Assembly: GCA_045104985.1 (NCBI GenBank)
Contig: JBGCDA010000064.1
Coordinates: forward strand, 24,127-88,126
Length of the DNA: 64,000 nucleotides
Direction: 5' to 3'
Origin: Flavobacteriales bacterium
GTDB taxonomy: Bacteria > Bacteroidota > Bacteroidia > Flavobacteriales_D > Sanyastnellaceae
Shown here: positions 60,626 to 64,000 of the stretch, in pieces
Layout: each line of letters starts with the position of its first letter
Numbering within the stretch: the first letter of the stretch is position 1
Translations under genes and position numbers: made by a program
Notes under the pieces: model-generated
Told to the model about the DNA's origin: nothing
The model's database searches: none
The model's input: only the letters and a program-made list of their open reading frames with translations

Positions 60626-60630
60626 AGCTA
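60623..60630 (-). promoter_or_regulatory. -7 box TAGCTTTG upstream of pruA, fused to a TTGCAACGC motif
   Basis: The minus strand reads TAGCTTTGCAACGCAAAAAAAACACAACGACACATG. Confidence 0.45.
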
Positions 60631-60660
60631 ATAAAAGTAACACGTTAATAAGGCACATGT

Positions 60661-61119
60661 TTATAATCTAGAATCGAGCTTAAAGGAGTGTGCCCCTTTA
60701 ATTTTCACCTTGGAGATATCGGAGTGATATGGGTTAATAATCACGTTGAATTCCTGAGGTATTACAGCCGATGGCACCCGAATGAGCAGCTTATCCTTCA
60801 CCACTCTCAGGTCATGAAATAGTTCTTGGGTTTTGGGAGAATAAGGGAGTTTCTCCCAAGACTTGGGAGTAAATTTAGAGTCGGCTTCTAGAACCTTGGC
60901 ATTTTTAGGAAGTTCTAGTTCATAAAGCTTAAGATCGTCAGGTAGTAAAAAAGTATCTTGAACATGTACTAATTTTTCTAATAGGCATAAAGACCTATGC
61001 TCGGAGGTATAAATGATGCGCTCTCCTTTTTTGTGCCATCTGCCAGAGGCATATTCTCCGCCTATTCCAGAGAGTAGTGAGGACTCATGTTTGGCACGCG
61101 CCAGTCTAAAAACAGTCAT
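60661..61119 (-). CDS. RES-domain toxin (NAD+-targeting toxin family)
   Basis: 152 aa. R..E..S contexts (GRWH, YTSEHRSLCLLE) directly downstream of a DUF2384-type antitoxin gene. Confidence 0.8.
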   Translation of the reverse strand: MTVFRLARAKHESSLLSGIGGEYASGRWHKKGERIIYTSEHRSLCLLEKLVHVQDTFLLPDDLKLYELELPKNAKVLEADSKFTPKSWEKLPYSPKTQELFHDLRVVKDKLLIRVPSAVIPQEFNVIINPYHSDISKVKIKGAHSFKLDSRL

Positions 61120-61124
61120 AAGGT

Positions 61125-61592
61125 TTAGGCCACAAAGCTGTATTCTATTCTACGAAGCTCTTCTGATACTAAAGAAAACCCTATGCTGGTGTCTAGTAAT
61201 GAAAATGGTGTGGTACCACCTAAGTGATTACTTGAATTTCTTAGCCAAGTGGTGAATTTAGTTATACTGCCGAATACTTCTATGCCCAACTTAAAGAGCA
61301 TAGACAGCTCTATGATGCGCTCACTAGTATCTTTATCATAAATAGAAAGTTTAGAGAGAGAAGAATAAGAGGCTGGCAGAATTTCAGTCATTTCTTTCAT
61401 GGAAAATCCAAACTCTTTAAGGAACAGCTTAAACTGTGCCTGAGTAACTCCGCTTCTTACACTTTTAATGATAGTAAGACGCTGAAGCGTGGAATCAAAC
61501 TTATTTTTAGAATACACTAACTCTAGAGGAGTGAGTGCATTTTTACCGTAAGCTACTGCGGCTTCTTTTACCATGAAATTACGATCTGTCAT
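61125..61592 (-). CDS. Xre-like/DUF2384 antitoxin (MbcA/ParS family)
   Basis: The C-terminal LGGTTPFSLLDTSIGFSLVSEELRRIEY pattern is typical of DUF2384; the gap to the RES gene is 5 nt. Confidence 0.75.
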   Translation of the reverse strand: MTDRNFMVKEAAVAYGKNALTPLELVYSKNKFDSTLQRLTIIKSVRSGVTQAQFKLFLKEFGFSMKEMTEILPASYSSLSKLSIYDKDTSERIIELSMLFKLGIEVFGSITKFTTWLRNSSNHLGGTTPFSLLDTSIGFSLVSEELRRIEYSFVA

Positions 61593-61611
61593 ATTTACCT
61601 ATGCTTATTAG

Positions 61612-61619
61612 CAAATATA
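61612..61619 (-). promoter_or_regulatory. -7 box TATATTTG upstream of the Xre-RES operon
   Basis: Perfect TAnnTTTG 19 nt upstream of the antitoxin ATG on the minus strand. Confidence 0.4.
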
Positions 61620-61739
61620 CTATTTTTATCTGAGAAAAATATCTTTTCACACTTATTTAGCCTAATTCCATTGCACACCCCATAAGATGAGTAGCTATTA
61701 TAGAATTAGTAAGAGAAAGGATATAAAAGGGGGGAGTTA

Positions 61740-62048
61740 CTACTGGATTTCAGCAGTGAGGCCTCTTTCTAGAAGAGCTGTGCACATAGGCTCTAGATCG
61801 TCATACTCACCTTCTTTTACTGCACACTTTCCTTTAAAATGAACTAAGATCGTACACTGCTCAGCCTGAATAGGCTCATGCCCACAAACTTTAATTAATG
61901 CATCTATCACATCATCAAAGGTATGCACATCATCATTAAATAGAACTATCTTTTGAGATAGGGATTCTTCTAGCAGCACATCTGCCAGTTCTTCTGTTTG
62001 AGTAGAGAATTGGATATTCATAGCAGACACAAAGATAACTAATGCCAT
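61740..62048 (-). CDS. clpS: ATP-dependent Clp protease adaptor ClpS (ATG 62021 is the likely true start)
   Basis: The core VLFNDDVHTFDDVIDALIKVCGH....AEQCT..VH..G.. is characteristic of ClpS. Confidence 0.85.
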   Translation of the reverse strand: MALVIFVSAMNIQFSTQTEELADVLLEESLSQKIVLFNDDVHTFDDVIDALIKVCGHEPIQAEQCTILVHFKGKCAVKEGEYDDLEPMCTALLERGLTAEIQ

Positions 62049-62159
62049 TTGATTTTTCAGACTAAGAACAGGCTAGAAAGTAACAATTGATTTTTAGTGA
62101 CAATTGCTCTTGGTTTAATTAGATATTTCAAGTGAAAAACATCTAGTTTTGACCACTAT

Positions 62160-63047
62160 ATGAAAGCCAGTTTAATTTCTGATTTCCCGGGGCATGGAGC
62201 GGCCATATATAAGATCCAGGCACTTGGCTCTAAACTGTTCTCGTGCAGTTCAGATAAAATGCTGGCTTCATGGGATGTAGTAAAGAGAGAGCCAGCACCA
62301 TTCAGTGTTAAAGCAGAAAGCGGGCTTTACACATTTCATATCAGTTCAGAGCGGTTATTTCTTGGTGGAACTTCTGGTCATTTGAACATCATAGATTTAG
62401 AGCTTAAAAAAGAAATTAAGAATCTAAAACTCCACATGAAAGGAGTCTACTCCATTTTGCCGTTAAAAGCAAAGGATCTGATAGTAACAGGCGGAGGAGA
62501 TGGAATGGTACACTTTCTAGAGTATTCCAGTTTGGAGTTAATTAGAAGTATAAAACTGGGAGAGTTTAAGGTAAGAGATATTCATTATTTCGATGATTTG
62601 AACTCAGTAATGCTAGCATGTGGAGATGGCAGAATTAGAGAAATAGAACTGGAGTATTATAATGAGGTGCATGCGCTAAATGCTTCTGAAGAAAGTATAA
62701 ATACACTAGCTCATTTCAAGCGAAAGAATTTACTGGTATCTGCTGGAAAAGACGGTTTTATTTCTTTTTGGCGGTTAGACAACAGAGAAAAAGTGGTGAG
62801 CTTTCCTGCACATTATATGGCCATTTATGATGTGAAATTCAATAATTCAGAAACATATTTTGTAACCTGTAGTAGAGATAAGAGCATAAAAGTATGGGAT
62901 GCCAATACGCTGGAAGTCATAGATAAAATCGAGCGGAGAACCCATAAAGGTCATTCGCACAGTGTAAATAGTGTAGAGTGGTTAGATGACCACACCTTCA
63001 TTTCTGCTGGAGATGATAAGATCATTAAAGAATGGAAGCTGAGCTAA
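62160..63047 (+). CDS. WD40-repeat beta-propeller protein
   Basis: Repeated ...S.S.DK....W(D/R) units (SCSSDKMLASWD, SAGKDGFISFWR, TCSRDKSIKVWD, SAGDDKIIKEWK). Confidence 0.75.
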   Translation: MKASLISDFPGHGAAIYKIQALGSKLFSCSSDKMLASWDVVKREPAPFSVKAESGLYTFHISSERLFLGGTSGHLNIIDLELKKEIKNLKLHMKGVYSILPLKAKDLIVTGGGDGMVHFLEYSSLELIRSIKLGEFKVRDIHYFDDLNSVMLACGDGRIREIELEYYNEVHALNASEESINTLAHFKRKNLLVSAGKDGFISFWRLDNREKVVSFPAHYMAIYDVKFNNSETYFVTCSRDKSIKVWDANTLEVIDKIERRTHKGHSHSVNSVEWLDDHTFISAGDDKIIKEWKLS

Positions 63048-64000
63048 ATACATCAACTCTCTCTAAGCTAAAGAAACGTGCGTTTACTTTCTTAGTGGTT
63101 ATGGCAGCGTTTCTAATAATGAAGTGGTTTGAGCCAGTGTATGAGGTGTATCTCTTATTCTATTTGAAGGTCATCAAAGGAATTTGGGCTTTAGTGCACT
63201 CTGTAACATTTGGGAAACTTCACTTGATTATACTGATAGTAGTTCTAATTAATTTTTTTAAACTATTTAAAGGCTACACATTCAAACAGTTTATGATAAA
63301 GCTGTGTTCAGGTATGCTGCTTATCATTAATATATTCTTCATTTTATGGGGATTTAATTATGCACAACCTACGCTAAGCTCTGCCGATAGCCTTTCTCTA
63401 GATCAGCTTTTTGAGCTAAATGAGAAAGCTTTATTAGAACTCAATCAGCTTAGAGGGCAAGTCACAGATCAGACTTTTTTGAGAGGAAATAAGTTGGACA
63501 CCCCAGATGAAGACGAACTCTTAATTCAATTGGCCCTTCAGACTGATGCCTTAATTCCAGACGTGAGTCATTATACTCAACCTGTAACCGTCTTTAAAAA
63601 TGGAGGACTGCGAATGATGGGAATAGGAGGGATTTACTTTCCATTTTCAGGAGAGGCATTGTATGATGGCTCTAGCCCATTGCTACGCAAAACCTTTACC
63701 TACGCCCACGAGTATTTTCATGCACAATCTGTAACAGGAGAAGATGAGTGCAATTATTTAGCATGGAAAACACTGGCTAATTCTGAAAGGCCTAGCTGGC
63801 ATTATGCAGCTTATTTCGATTTGTATTTTACTACAGCTAGACTGTTAGATTATTCTAGTGATGATATAAAGCAGCAGGTGTCTGCCGCAGTGTGGTCTGA
63901 TGTAGAATTTTTAAGGCAGGAACGCAAAGCATACGCTACGTGGTTTCACTCAGTAAGTGCTACTACTAATGATGCCTACTTAAAGATGTTAAGCAGTGAG
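63032..64000 (+). CDS. DUF3810-like membrane metallopeptidase-motif protein, 3'-truncated by the window end (not in the ORF track)
   Basis: My own translation from ATG 63032 stays open to base 64000 (323 codons). It has TM segments near the N-terminus, GGIYFPFSGEA, and an HExxH-like AHEYFH. It overlaps the WD40 stop by 16 nt. Confidence 0.65.
   Translation, partial: MEAELNTSTLSKLKKRAFTFLVVMAAFLIMKWFEPVYEVYLLFYLKVIKGIWALVHSVTFGKLHLIILIVVLINFFKLFKGYTFKQFMIKLCSGMLLIINIFFILWGFNYAQPTLSSADSLSLDQLFELNEKALLELNQLRGQVTDQTFLRGNKLDTPDEDELLIQLALQTDALIPDVSHYTQPVTVFKNGGLRMMGIGGIYFPFSGEALYDGSSPLLRKTFTYAHEYFHAQSVTGEDECNYLAWKTLANSERPSWHYAAYFDLYFTTARLLDYSSDDIKQQVSAAVWSDVEFLRQERKAYATWFHSVSATTNDAYLKMLSSE

Noticed and set aside
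1-64000. A search for tRNA, rRNA, tmRNA, riboswitch, CRISPR and prophage signatures.
   Set aside because: I found no T-loop GGTTCGAATCC-type sequences, no rRNA-like stretches, no spaced direct repeats, and no phage or integrase genes. Absence by eye is not proof, so Infernal/tRNAscan should confirm.

Overview
This is a 64-kb chromosomal segment of a low-GC (about 38% by eye) Bacteroidota genome, most likely a marine Flavobacteriia-type organism. Supporting signs are T9SS type A and type B C-terminal sorting domains, bacillithiol genes (bshC, ytxJ), a fused BCKDH E1 alpha/beta gene, TAnnTTTG -7 promoter boxes and the absence of Shine-Dalgarno sequences. I call 57 protein genes at about 94% coding density. 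Most are housekeeping: miaA, rpsA, pyrR-pyrB, rnz, ilvE, dapA, argS, gap, htrA-like, bshC, ruvX, dapD, pruA and clpS. Envelope and secreted genes are interspersed: a 1150-aa Cys-rich repeat protein, a choice-of-anchor B protein, three T9SS cargo proteins, a TonB-dependent receptor, and an ECF sigma/anti-sigma cluster. There is one RES-Xre toxin-antitoxin pair. I found no rRNA, tRNA, CRISPR array, transposase, integrase or prophage genes. The main hunt result is at the DNA-word level. The 9-mer GCGTTGCAA / TTGCAACGC (half of the palindrome GCGTTGCAACGC) occurs at 26 loci, against well under one expected. It is about 13-fold denser in intergenic DNA, usually points at start codons, sometimes fuses to the -7 box, and also occurs in all three reading frames inside unrelated genes. 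I cannot match it to any described element for this phylum. Candidate explanations are an uptake-sequence-like or HIP-like word, or a global promoter-proximal or operator element. Secondary observations are listed below:
- a shared Cys-bracketed dockerin-like C-terminal module on two secreted proteins
- 5 x 108-bp near-identical in-frame repeats in the 1150-aa gene
- an extended S1 protein
- an orphan intrinsic terminator that suggests a small RNA
- several small operons of unclear function

All counts were made by eye and need recomputation.
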